A stretch of 64,000 nt of DNA from NCBI GenBank assembly GCA_028826165.1, contig JAPDFW010000126.1:62001-126000 (forward strand), written 5' to 3'. Position 1 is the first letter of the stretch. Each line of letters begins with the position of its first letter. The DNA comes from Anaeramoeba ignava BMAN (Eukaryota; Protista; Anaeramoebae). A program made the position numbers and the translations under genes. Below are positions 1 to 13,344 of the stretch, one piece after another. The notes below the pieces were generated by a model that saw only the letters and a program-made list of their open reading frames with translations, was not told the origin of the DNA and ran no database searches.

Positions 1-2
1 TT

Positions 3-638
3 TTAATTTGATTTTGATTTTGATTTTTGATTTTGATTTTGATTTTGATTTTGATTTTGATTTTGATTTTGATTTTGATTTTGATTTTGAATTTGATTTT
101 GATTTTGATTTTGATTTTGATTTTGATTTTGATTTTGATTTTGATTTTGAATTTGATTTTCATCTTGATTTTGATTTTGATTTTGATTTTGATTTTGATT
201 TTGATTTTGATTTTGATTTTGATTTTGATTTTGATTTTGATTTTGATTTTGATTTTGATTTTGATTTTCAATTTGATTTTGATCTTGATCTAGAATTTGA
301 TTTTGTGTTTCTTTTGAATTTTCATTTGAATTTTCTTTTTCTTTTTGTATTGGATTTTGTGCTTCTGTTGTTTCTGTTTCTGTTTTTGTTTCATTTTGTG
401 TTTCTTTTGAATTTTGATTTGAATTTTGATTTGAATTTTCTTTTTCTTTTTGTATTGGATTTTGTGTTTCTGTTGTTTCTGTTTCTTTTTCTGTTTCATT
501 TTCATTTTGTGTTTTTGTTTCATTTTGTGCTTCTTTTTCATTTTGTGTTGAATTTTCTTTTTCATTTTGTGCTTTTGTTGGTTTTTCTTTTTCTTTTTCT
601 GTTTCTGTTTCATTTTGTGCTTTTGTTGGTTTTTCCAT
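3..638 (-). CDS. 5' part of a gene with a low-complexity N/Q/E/K/T N-terminus; runs off the window
   Basis: ATG at 638 preceded (minus strand) by the TTTCATTT motif seen upstream of other genes; open frame MEKPTKAQNETETEK...(NQ)n. No domain visible. Confidence 0.45.
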   Translation of the reverse strand: MEKPTKAQNETETEKEKEKPTKAQNEKENSTQNEKEAQNETKTQNENETEKETETTETQNPIQKEKENSNQNSNQNSKETQNETKTETETTEAQNPIQKEKENSNENSKETQNQILDQDQNQIENQNQNQNQNQNQNQNQNQNQNQNQNQNQNQNQNQDENQIQNQNQNQNQNQNQNQNQNQIQNQNQNQNQNQNQNQNQNQNQKSKSKSN

Positions 639-810
639 TTTAAAAAAAAAATGAAAAAAAAAATGAAAAAAAAAATTGTTTTTTTGAAAGAAAAAAAGAA
701 ATTTGAATAAGCATTTATTTGAAGAAGCAAGAGCAAAATTTAAAAAGAAAAAGGAAATTAAAAAGAAAAATGGAAATTAATTAATTAATTAATTATCAAG
801 TTGATTTGCT

Positions 811-3800
811 TCACCAATTAAAGAAATGTTGAATAAAGAATTGGTCTTCTTGGTTTTTAATCCATTCCAATAAATCTTCACATTTTTTTAATGTTTCAGA
901 TTTACTTATTAATGGTGAGAAAACTGTATAAAGTTCATAATCAGGTTCAAGTCGGCCAAGAACTGTTTCTGAATCACTTACACTAAAATTTTGAAATCAA
1001 ATATTAAATTAAATATTAAATTAAATATTAAATATTAAATATTAAATTAAATATTATATTAAATTAAATATTAAATCAAATATTAAATATCAAATCAAAT
1101 ATTAAATCAAATATTAAATTAAATATTATATTAAATTAAATATTAAATCAAATATTAAATTAAATATTAAATATTAAATTAAATATTAAATCAAATATTA
1201 AATATTAAATCAAATATTAAATTAAATATTAAATATTAAATATCAAATATTAAATTAAATATTAAATATTAAATATTAAACATTTTCTAATTACCGGAAA
1301 TATGTTTTGTTTGTAATACTTGATTTAAAACTTGCTAATCGTGTTCTAACTACTTCATATAATCGAAATAATCTTTTACGTTCTTTTGGTATTGTATAAG
1401 GTGGACTTACTTTAGGACAAACAGTTTGATGTGTTAAATTAATTTTGTAAATAAAATGGAGTAATCCATCAATTTTAACATCACCTAATAAAAAGAGAAA
1501 TCAATAAACAAAGAATTGAATTTTGAATTTTGATTTGAATTTTGGATTGAATTTTGAATTTGAATTTTGAATTTGAATTTTGTAAATATACTCATTGTAA
1601 ATTTTTCTGATTCTTGAACTGCATTTCTAACTTCATCTAAAACTTTGTTTTCAGTTAATTGCTGAAAAAGAAGAAGAAATTAAAATTAAAATTAAAAATT
1701 ATAAATTAAAAATTAAAAATACTTTAACAATATTATCATTAAAATTAAATATTGAACAATTCAAAATAATATTTGCTCAAATAATAAATTAATATAAATA
1801 TTAAATATTAATATTAAATATAAATAAATATGAGCAAATTATTAATCGAATATCAAATATTAAAATTGGTTAAATCCAAATATTAAATCAAATATTAAAT
1901 ATTCAATTCAAATATTAAAATCAAATATTAAATTAAATATTAAATTAAATATTAATTTTAAAATTAAATTTTAATTTTAATTTTAAATTAAAATTTTAAT
2001 TAAATATTTAATTTAAATTTTAATTTAAAATTTAAATTTAATTTAAATATTATTTTAAATATTTTAATTAAATATTTTAATTTAAATTTTAAATTTTAAA
2101 TATCAAAATTTTAAATATTAATTTAAATATTAAATATTATATTAAATATTAAAATCAAATTTAAATTAAATATTAAATTAAATTTCAAACATTTTTTAAT
2201 ACCCGAAATAATTTTGTTTTGTAATTTTGATTTTAATTTTAATCGTGTTCTTTAATTTATAATCGAAATAATTTTTATTTTCTTTTTGGTATTTATAATT
2301 TTAATTTTAATTTTAGGACAAACAGTTTGATGTGTTAATTTTAATTTTGTAAATAAAATTAATCCATCAATTTTAACATCACCTAATAAAAAGAGAAATC
2401 AATAAACAAAGAATTGAATTTTGAATTTTGAATTTGAATTTTGAATTGAATTTTGAATTTTGAATTTTGATTTGAATTTTGAATTGAATTTTGAATTTGA
2501 ATTTTGAATTTGAATTTTGGATTTGAATTTTGATTTGAATTTTGAATTGAATTTTGAATTTTGAATTTGAATTTTGAATTGAATTTTGAATTTTGAATTT
2601 TGAATTTGAATTTTGTAAATATACTCATTGTAAATTTTTCTGATTCTTGAACTGCATTTCTAACTTCATCTAAAACTTTGTTTTCAGTTAATTGCTGAAA
2701 AAGAAGAAGAAATTAAAATTAAAATTAAAAATTATAAATTATAAATTATAAATTATAAATTAAAAATACTTTAACAATATTATCATTTGCTGATTGAACA
2801 GCTTCAAAAGCGCGCATATCTCTGCTCATTAATAATAAACAGATATCGTTATCATGATCTAGATAGTTAATATAAGCATAAAGATGAGCAGAATTGTTAT
2901 AATGTGGTAAGCAAATTGGTGTCCAACTTTGACTTGTTTTAAATGATTCATTCTGTGCGAAATTTATTAATAAAAACATATCTATTTTAATTTTAATTTT
3001 AATTTTAATTTTAATTTTAATTTTAATTTTAATTTTAATTTTAATTTTAATTTTAATTTTAATTTTAATTTTAATTTTAATTTTAATTTTAATTTTAATT
3101 TTAATTTTAATTTTAATTTTAATTTTAATTTTAATTTTAATTTTAATTTTAATTTTAATTTTTAATTTTAATTTTAATTTTAATTTTAATTTTAATTTTA
3201 ATTTTAATTTTAATTTTAATTTTAATTTTAATTTTAATTTTAATTTTAATTTTAAATTTAATTTTAATTTTAATTTTAATTTTAATTTTAATTTTAATTT
3301 TAATTTTAATTTTTAATTTTAATTTTAATTTTAAAAATTTTAATTTTAATTTTAATTTTAATTTTAATTATAATATTAATTTTAATTATTTTACCTGTTG
3401 GTGATATTATTTTTTTAAGAACAGCAATATGAACTAATTGCTTTTTTGCTAGTAATATTGAAAATCTAAATGATATTTTTTTTTCGATTTAAAATTAATT
3501 AAATCATTAAATGATTTTTTTTTTGAATTGTTTAATTGACTGATTTACACAAGATGTTGAATTTTTTGTTCAAATAAAATTTGTCCAACTTTTTTCCTAA
3601 TTTGAGGATCAATTTTTAAACAAGGAACACCATTAACAATAAAAGTGAAATTATTATTCATCTCATAAATCACACTATCAAGGAATTTTTCAGTTCCTTT
3701 TAATTTAAATATTAATTTTAATTTTAATTTTAATTTTAATTTTGATTTTGATTTTAATTTTTAATTTTAATTTTAATTTTAATTTTAATTTTAATTTTAA

Positions 3801-6054
3801 TTTTGATTTTAATTTTAATTTTAATTTTAATTTTAATTTTAATTTTAATTTTAATTTTAATTTTAATTTTAATTTTAATTTTAATTTTAATTTTAATATT
3901 AATTTTAATTTTAATTTTAATTTTAATTTTAATTTTAATTTTAATTTTAATATTAATTTTAATTTTAATTTTAATTTTAATTTTAATTTTAATTTTAATT
4001 TTAATTTTAATTTTAATTTTAATTTTAATTTTAATTTTAATTTTAATTTTAATTTTAATTTTAATTTTGATTTTAATTTTAATTTTAATTTTGATTTTAA
4101 TTTTAATTATAATTTTAAATTTAATTTTATTTATAAATATTAATTTTAATTATAATTTTAATTTTAATATTAAACCTGCAAGTAAAATTCTGAGATCATA
4201 ATGTGGTTTCTTTTTTAAAATTTCAATGGCTCGATTTGTAAGAATAGAAATGATTTGACCATATAAAAAATTTAATTGTTTTGTAAGTTGTGAAACTGGT
4301 TCTCCAGTTTTGGAAACACAAACTAAATAAATAGGACCTTTAATAACAAAAACAATTTTGTGATCATCTGCGTGAACCCATCTTTTAATTAAAATATTAA
4401 ATTATTTTTTTTTCAATTTTCAATCATTTGCTTTTTTTTTTATTGAAAATGAATAAGCAAAAAAAAATATACTTAATAGTATCTCCAAAATCAGAAACAA
4501 AAGAAATTAAAGCTTGAGGAACACACATAAATCCAGAAAGTTTTGAATCATCTCCATAACTTAATTAATTTTATAAATAATTTTATATTTAATTTTGTAA
4601 ATAATTTTATAATTAATTTTATATTTAATTTTATAATTAATTTTATATTTAATTTTATAATTAATTTTATATTTAATTTTATAAATAATTTTATAATTAA
4701 TTTTATAAATAATTCTATAAATAATTTTATAAATAATTTTATATTTAATTTTATATTTAATTTTATAAATAATTTTATAAATAATTTTATAATTAATTTT
4801 ATAAATAATTTTATATTTAATTTTATAAATAATTTTATAAATAATTTTATAAATAATTTTATATTTAATTTTATAAATAATTTTATAATTAATTTTATAA
4901 ATAATTTTATATTTAATTTTATAAATAATTTTATTAATAATTTTATAAATAATTTTATAAATAATTTTATATTTAATTTTATATTTAATTTTATAAATAA
5001 TTTTATATTTAATTTTATATTTAATTTTATAAATAATTTTATATTTAATTTTATATTTAATTTAATAAATAATTTTATAAATAATTTTATATTTAATTTA
5101 ATAAATAATTTTATATTTAATTTTATATTTAATTTAATAAATAATTTTATATTTAATTTTATAAATAATTTTATATTTAATTTTATATTTAATTTTATAT
5201 TTAATTTTATATTTAATTTTATAAATAATTTTATAAATAATTTTATAAATAATTTTATAAATAATTTTATAAATAATTTTATAATTAATTTTATAAATAA
5301 TTTTATAAATAATTTTATAAATAATTTTATTAATAATTTTATATTTAATTTTATAATTAATTTTATAATTAATTTTATAATTAATTTTATAAATAATTTA
5401 ATAATTTGAAAAAAAATACCGAGTATAAATTGGTTTTCCAGAACTACTAATAATAAAAAAATGTTTCTTATGTTTAGCCCAACCAGGAGAAGAAGTATCT
5501 TCATTAGAATATTTAGCATATAAACGTTGAAATTTAGTATTAAATTGATTATCATCATGTTTTTCAATCTTAATTTTAGGATTTTCAAAAGAATCATTTT
5601 CATTTTCATTTTGATTTTCATTTTGATTTTGATTTCGATTTTCATTTTGATTTTGATTTTGATTTTGATTTTCAATTTGATTTTCATTATTTTGATCTTC
5701 AATTTGATTTTCATTATTTTGATTTTCATTTAAATTTTGATTTTTAATTTGATTTTGATTGATTTCAAGATCATCATCTTGATTTTGAGAATCAATCTCG
5801 TTGTCCTTAATTTCGCTCATTTTTTCTCGATCGTCAAGTTCTGAACTAGTGATACTTTTGGTGTTATCATCTTGTGGAGCTCCATAAGGATCATCTGGTT
5901 CATAAACGTTAGTATCTTGCTCATTTTCTGCACTTGGATCTTGATTTGGCATCCGAAATGCTACTGCTTCTAATCCAATTCCTGGCGCTGATTTTGTTAC
6001 TCCTGTTGTAGTATTTTCGTTATTGTTTTCTTTATTTTCTTTGTTGTCACTCAT
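811..6054 (-). CDS. MON1: Vacuolar fusion protein MON1 (Rab7 GEF subunit), multi-exon
   Basis: Spliced GT-AG exons (approx. 6054-5420, 4559-4473, 4382-4176, 3697-3550, 3466-3395, 2981-2771, 2694-2625, 1484-1296, 982-811) give KHFFIISSSGKPIYTRYGDD, LQALISFV, KIVFVIKGPIYLVCVS, YDLRILLAGT, SWTPICLPHYN, LHFIYK, YELYTVFSPL and C-terminal FFNW*; these are typical Mon1 motifs. Confidence 0.92.
1295..2940. repeat. Internal ~0.6-0.7 kb tandem duplication within MON1 with partly degenerate copies
   Basis: 1485-1740 closely matches 2383-2788 apart from microsatellite length; 2203-2385 is a corrupted copy of exon 1296-1484; 1740-1870 is a corrupted copy of 2790-2940. Confidence 0.85.
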
Positions 6055-6316
6055 TTTTATTTTTTAAAAAAAAGAAAAAAATGATTTTTTTATTTTTTTA
6101 ATTTTTTAATTTTTTTTTTTGCTTTTTTTGGTTTTTCATTTTTTTTTCCGTTTTTTTATTTCTTAATTTTTCTTTTTCAAAATAATTTAAAAAGTTCAAT
6201 TTTTTTTTAAGCAAAATTACCATTGTAATTTAAAACACAAAATAAAAACAAAATTCAAATAAAAAATAGTATTAATTTTTTTATTTTAAAAAAAAATAGT
6301 TTTGTTTTATTTTTCA

Positions 6317-9300
6317 ATGAGTGAAAGAAGTAAAAGTAAAACTAAAAGTAAAAGTAAAAGTAAACATAGAAGAAATAGTCATAAAATAACTAAAAAAAGC
6401 AATTTAAATGATTCAAATGAAATAAATTCCAAAAAATCCAAAAATCAAATTGAAAATGAAAATGAAAATGAAAATGAAAATGAAAATGAAAATGAAAACG
6501 AAACTAAAAGTAAAACTAAAAGTAGAAGTAAAAGTAAAAGTAAAAGTAAACATAGAAGAAATAGTCATAAAATAACTAAAGAAAGCAATTTAAATGATTC
6601 AAATGAAATTAATTCCAAAAAATCCAAAAATCAAAATGAAAATGAAAATCAAATTGAAAATGAAAATGAAAATGAAAATCAAAATGAAAATGAAAATGAA
6701 AATGAAAGTGAAAGTAAAACTAAAACTAAAAGTAAAAGTAAAAGTAAAAGTAAACATAGAAGAAATAGTCATAAAATAACTAAAAAAAGCAATTTAAATG
6801 ATTCAAATGAAATTAATTCCAAAAAATCCAAAAATGAAAATCAAAATCAAAATCAAAATGAAAATCAAAATCAAAATCAAAATCAAAATCAAAATCAAAA
6901 TGAAAATGAAAGTAAAACTAAAACTAAAAGTAAAAGTAAAAGTAAAAGTAAACAAAGAAGAAATAGTCATAAAATAACCAAAAAAAGCAATTTAAATGAT
7001 TCAAATGAAATTAATTCCAAAAAATCCAAAAATCAAAATCAAAATGAAAATGAAAATGAAAATGAAAATGAAAATCAAATTGAAAATGAAAATGAAAGTG
7101 AAAGTAAAACTAAAACTAAAAGTAAAACTAAAAGTAAAAGTAAACATAGAAGAAACAGTCATAAAATAACTAAAAAAAGCAATTTAAATGATTCAAATGA
7201 AATTAATTCCAAAAAATCCAAAAATCAAAATGAAAATCAAATTGAAAATCAAAATGAAAATGAAAATGAAAATGAAAATGAAAGTAAAACTAAAACTAAA
7301 AGTAAAAGTAGAAGTAAAAGTAAACATAGAAGAAATAGTCATAAAATAACTAAAAAAAGCAATTTAAATGATTCAAATGAAATTAATTCCAAAAAATCCA
7401 AAAATGAAAATCAAAATGAAAATGAAAATGAAAATGAAAATGAAAATGAAAATCAAAATGAAAATGAAAATGAAAATCAAAATGAAAGTAAAAGTAAAAG
7501 TAAAAGTAAAAGTAGAAGTAAAAGTAAACATAGAAGAAACAGTCATAAAATAACTAAAAAAAGCAATTTAAATGATTTAAATGAAATTAATTCCAAAAAA
7601 TCCAAAAATGAAAATCAAAATGAAAGTGAAAATCAAAATGAAAATGAAACTAAAACTAAAACTAAAAGTAAAAGTAAAAGTAAAAGTAAACATAGAAGAA
7701 ATAGTCATAAAATAACTAAAAAAAGCAATTTAAATGATTTAAATGAAATTAATTCCAAAAAATCCAAAAATCAAAATGAAAATGAAAATGAAAATGAAAA
7801 TCAAAATGAAAGTAAAACTAGAACTAAAAGTAAAACTAGAAGTAAAAGTAAACATAGAAGAAATAGTCATAAAATAACTAAAAAAAGCAATTTAAATGAT
7901 TCAAATGAAATGAATTCCAGAAAATCCAAAAATCAAATTGAAAATCAAAATGAAAATGAAAATGAAAATGAAAATGAAAATGAAAATCAAAATGAAAATG
8001 AAAATGAAACTAAAACTAAAAGTAAAACTAAAACTAAAACTAAAAGTAAAAGTAAAAGTAAACATAGAAGAAATAGTCATAAAATAACTAAAAAAAGCAA
8101 TTTAAATGATTCAAATGAAATTAATTCCAAAAAATCCAAAAATCAAATTGAAATTGAAAATCAAAATGAAAATCAAAATGAAAGTGAAAGTGAAAGTAAA
8201 AGTAAAAGTAAAAGTAAAAGTAAACATAGAAGAAACAGTCATAAAATAACTAAAAAAAGCAATTTAAATGATTCAAATGAAATTAATTCAATTGAAAATG
8301 ATAAAAATAAATATAAACAAAATGATAAAGAAATTGAAAATGATGAAAATGATAAAGAAATTGAAAATGATGAAAATGATAAAGAAATTGAAACTGATAA
8401 AGAAATTGAAAATGATAAAGAAATTGAAACTGATAAAGAGATTGAAAATGATAAAGAAATTGAAACTGATAAAGAAACTGAAACAGATAAAGAAATTGAA
8501 AATCAAAATCAAAATCAAAATCAAAATTTAAATCAAAATCAAAATCAAAATTTAAATCAAAATTTAAATCAAAATCAAAACCAAAACCAAAACCAAAATT
8601 TAAATCCACAATTAATGCTATCCTTAAATTTATCGGTTAATTTCGAATCAATATACCAAAATCTTAAAAAAAGAAGTGATTTTACAATTTATTGTGGAAA
8701 ACAAAATACTCCATTATATTGCCACCAACTCATTTTAATATCTGCTTCTTCATATTTCGATAATATTATCCAAGAGAAAAATTTAAAAGAAATTTCTTTT
8801 TCTAATTTTGAAATTAATATCATTGAGCCTGTTATCAAATTCTTATATTCAGGAAAATTGCAATTAGATCTCCAATTTTGGGAATTTTTTTGGCAATTTT
8901 CTCAAATATTAAATTTAATCAATTTAATAGATTCAATAGAAACCAAAATCCAAGAAATGATAAATTTCGAAAATGTTTTACAAATCTACTCAAAAAGCCA
9001 ATTTATTCATTCAAAAAATCTAATTCAAAAATGTTCCAATTTTATCCACCAAAATATTAAGCAATTACAAGAAAAAATAAAAATTGAAGAATTAATTGAA
9101 AAAGATTTACTAAATTTATTAGTAGTAATCTTCTCAAAAAAAGGATTTGATGGATCAAAATTAATTCTAGAAATTGAAAAAAAATGGAATCAAAATCAGA
9201 ATTCATCTCCAAAGAAATCTAACTCAAAAAATTTATTGTTTCGGATTTTCCTTCATTTTAAAAGCAATAAAAAATTAACAGAATCCGAAAATGAAAAGAT

Positions 9301-12300
9301 TAAATTAATAGCAGAAACTTCACCAGAAACTCTTCTTGATTTATTGAATGAAATTTTCCCTAAAAAAACAAAAACAAAAACAAAAACAAAAACTAAAACT
9401 AAAACTAAAACTAAAACAAGAAAACCAACTTTACAAACCCAAATTGAAGATATTTTAAATCAATTCCCAAAATATATAAAGGAAAATGATCAAAGTATTT
9501 AATTTTTAAAAAAGAAAAAAAAAATTTAATCACTTTTTTTTTGCTTATTGATTTCCAAAGGAAAAAGATCTGATTTAATAGAAGAGGCAAAAAAAAAAGA
9601 ATCAAAACTCCAAAGTATTGAAAATTTAAATATTTCAAATGAAGGTAAATTATTTTCTTTTCAATTTGATTTGGTTTGATTTTAAAAAAAAAATATCAAA
9701 AATAAAAACAGAAAATCAATTGGTTGGAAAAATGAAAGAAATTGAATTCACAATTAAATCAATGAATAATTTCCCAAATTCTCAAAAAATACAAACTGAT
9801 GGATGTTCTATTTTAAGAGTTTTAATTGAAGAAAATGAAAGTAAATATTTTTTTTTTCTTTATTAATTATAAGAATAATTAAAATCAAAAATCAAAAAAC
9901 CAAAAAGAAAATGAATTTTATATTGCAAAAATGAAAGGAATTGAATTTATAATAAAATCAATGAATAATTTCCCAAAAATTAAAGAAATACAAATTGATG
10001 GATGTTTTATTTTAAGTAATCTTGTTATTAATAATGAAGGTATTTGATTTTATATTTTGGATCATAATATTTTTTTTTTGTTGGAATTTATTAAAATTGA
10101 TTCTTTTTCGATTTAGAATATCAAAATAAGATTCGAATATTAAAAGGAATTAAATCAATTATTTCATCAATGAATAACTTTCCAGAAAATCAAGACATTC
10201 AATTTTATGCTTGTAGTGCATTATTAAATGTTGCTGTTATTCCTGGTAAAATCAAATTCAAAATCAAAATCAAAATTTAAAAATCAAAATTTAAAAATCA
10301 AAATTTCTATTTAGAAAATCAAAATGAAATCCAAAATTTAAATGGAATTAAATCAATTATTTCTACAATGAAAAAATTTCCAGAAAATCAAGATATTCAA
10401 CAAAATGCAAGTGGAGCTTTATTAAATATTCTTGAAGATAACAAAAGTATTCAATTCAAAATTTTCAATTCAAAATTATTATTTTTTTTTAAATTTTTAA
10501 TTTTTCAAAATTCCAAAAGAAATTCAAAAACAATTTATAAAATTCAATGGAATTGAAAGTTTAATAGAAACTATGAATAATCATAAAAATCATGAAGTTA
10601 TCCATTATTTTATTCTTTTAATTTTCTTCTTTATATTCAAAAAGAAAAGTAAGAAAATATTAATAATATTAATATTAATTTTAATTTTAATTTTGAAAAA
10701 TCACAAGTTAAATTACAAGAATCAACAAACAAGTTAATGATCCAAAATTTATTATCTTCAATGAAACAATTTTCGAAATGTAAAGATATTCAACAAATTA
10801 TATTTGAAATTTTATTTGGATTTGAAGAAAAGATAAAAAGTAAAATCAAAATCAAAATCAAAATCAAATCAAAATCAAATTAAAATTTAAAATCAAATTT
10901 ATTAAAAATAGAACTTGATGAAATTCAAACTATATCAACTCCATTAATTGATTTAATTATTCAAATAATGGAAAATTTCCCAAAAAATGAATCAATTCAA
11001 TTTTTTGGAAGTGGAATTTTATGGAATTTAATAATTTTAGATGGTAAAAGAAAAAGAAATTTTATTTTGGAAAAATTATTAATTAATTTTTATTTTGTTT
11101 TTAAATTTAGCTGATAAATTCCAAAATTCAAAAATAGTTCAAATTATGATTCAAACAATGAATTCTTTTCCAAATTGGAAAGATTTACAATTTTTTTGTA
11201 GTTTTATTTTGTCTAAAATTACAAGAAAAAAATGTAATAATTATTTTTAAAATGAAAATCAAAATTTTAAATATTTTTTTCTTGTTTTTAAAAAAAAGCA
11301 ATTGAAAAAGAAATTAGAGAATTAAAAGTGGATCGTTCTCTTATTGAAACAGTTATAAATTCTATAGATGATTTTTCTGGTAATGAAAGTATTCAAGAAA
11401 ATGGAGCATTTATATTGAAAAATTTTATTAACAATAAAGGTAAAACAAGAAAAAGAAATTCTGTTTTATTTTGATTGATTAATTCAAAAAAAAAAAAATT
11501 TTTTTTGTTCCACTTTTTCTTTTTTAAAAATTAAGAAACTCAAGATCAAATTTCTAAAAAGAAAGGAATTAAAATTTTAACAAGATCAATGTATAGATTC
11601 AAAAAAAATAAAGAACTTCAAAGTTGTTGTTGCGAAATATTTTCCTTTTTAAGTGAAAATCAAGGTAAAAAAAATTATAAAACAAATTTTCAAAACAAAA
11701 AAAAAAGCAATTTTTTATTTTGAAAATTATTTCAAAGATAATTTAGTTCGATTTAAAAAAGAAGAATTATTGAAATTAATATTTAAAGCAATTCGAAAAT
11801 TTTCTCCAGATGAAAAAATACAAGAAAGTTGTCTTATTATTTTACTTAATATTTTTATTTTAAATGGTAAAAAAAAAATAAGAAATGAAAATGAATTGAA
11901 AATTAATTTTAAAAAATAAAAATAAAAATAAAAAAGAAAATGAAAATCAAGATGAAAATAAATTAAAAATTGATAAAGTTGGATTTAAATTAGTGATTCA
12001 ATCAATGAATAATTTCCTAAATAATCAAATTATTCAAGAACAAGGATGTGGAATTTTATCAAGAATAGTTCAAGAAAAAAGTTAATTTCAAAATTATTCC
12101 TTTTTTAATTTAATTTAATTTGATTTATTTAAAGAAAAAATTTTTCATTCCAAAAAAAAAAAAAGCATTTATTCAAGAAATTAAAAATTTAAAAGGAGTT
12201 AATTCTATAACTGAAGCAATGAAAAAATTCCCACAAAATTTAAATATTCAAGAAAATTCATTTGATTTTTTAAGATTAGTTGCTCAAGAAAAAGGTTTTA

Positions 12301-13099
12301 AAAAAAAAGATTTAAAATCAAAACAATTTTTTGAAATTAATTTTAAATTCAAAAAAAAAAAAAAAACTAAAAAAGAAACTCGAATTTTATTAAATTTTTC
12401 AATTAAATTAATATTTAATGGAATATATCAATTTCCAAATCAAGAAAAAATACAAGAAAAAGGATGTGGAGTTTTAGCAAAATTATCATTAGAACAAAGT
12501 AATTTTTTTTTTAAAAAAAAATCGGAAAAAAAAATTTAAAAAAAAATCGGAAAAAAATTTTTTTGAAATAAAGATAATCGAGAAGAAATTACAAAATTAG
12601 GAGGAGTTAATTTATTAATTAATTTACTAACAAAATTTCAAGAAGGAGAGGAATCACTTCATGAATATACATGCACTCTTATAAGATATCTTGCAACAAA
12701 TCCAAGTAAATTTTGATTTAAATTTAAATTTTAATTTAAATTTAATTTTGATTTTGATTTTGATTTAATTTAAATTAGAAAATAAATCGGAAATTGGAAA
12801 ATTGGAAGGAATTCCAAAAATTATATATATAATAAAAAAATTCCCAAAATCTCAACCAATTCAATATCAAGGATGTTGCGCTTTATGGAATCTTTCTGTT
12901 AATAATAGACGTATTTATTTAAAAATTAAAAATTAAAAATTAAAAATTAAACATTTTTTTTTTTGATTTAGAAAATGAAAACAAAATCAAAGAATGGATT
13001 AACAGAAATTTCTTTTCAAAAATTTTAAGTCAATTTCCAGATGATCGTCAAGTAAAACGAGTTGTAGAACAACTTAAAAATAAATATGAAAATGATTAG
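6317..13099 (+). CDS. Protein with N-terminal tandem repeats, BTB/POZ(-BACK) domain and a long armadillo-repeat array (19 exons)
   Basis: Exon 1 (6317-9494) has SDFTIYCG...CHQLILISASSYF...PVIKFLYSGKL (BTB). 18 short GT-AG introns follow, separating ARM-like units (e.g. GIKSIISTMKKFPENQDIQQNASGALLNI, GCCALWNLS); stop TAG at 13097-13099. Confidence 0.85.
6330..8290 (+). repeat. 11 coding tandem copies of a ~55-65 aa unit (SKSK..HRRNSHKITKKSNLNDSNEINSKKSKN + variable (EN)n)
   Basis: Core CATAGAAGAAATAGTCATAAAATAAC recurs at ~6365, 6551, 6755, 6953, 7145, 7325, 7529, 7691, 7853, 8063 and 8225. Confidence 0.95.
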
Positions 13100-13344
13100 A
13101 AATAATTTTTTTTAATCAATTTTTTTTAATCAATTTTTTTTAATCAATTTTTTTTAATCAATTTGAATTAAGAAATTGTTTTTTCTTTTCAATTTTTCTT
13201 TTCAATTTTTTTTAATCAATTTGAATTAAGAAATTGTTTTTTAATCAATTTGAATTAAGAAATTGTTTTTTAATCAATTTGAATTAAGAAATTGTTTTTT
13301 AATCAATTTGAATTAATCAATTTTTTTTAATCAATTTTTTTTAA

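Noticed and set aside
1-300. Telomere-like (TTTTGA)n repeat at the window start
   Set aside because: It is the antisense of (CAAAAT)n encoding poly-NQ, which also occurs inside many other genes here.
3742-5729. Long ORFs such as (IL)n, (FN)n and (IKLF)n, including 8-643, 27-293 and the tail of 28243-28806
   Set aside because: Stop-free frames of intronic microsatellites or antisense frames of low-complexity coding sequence; splicing of MON1 and ACAP explains these regions.
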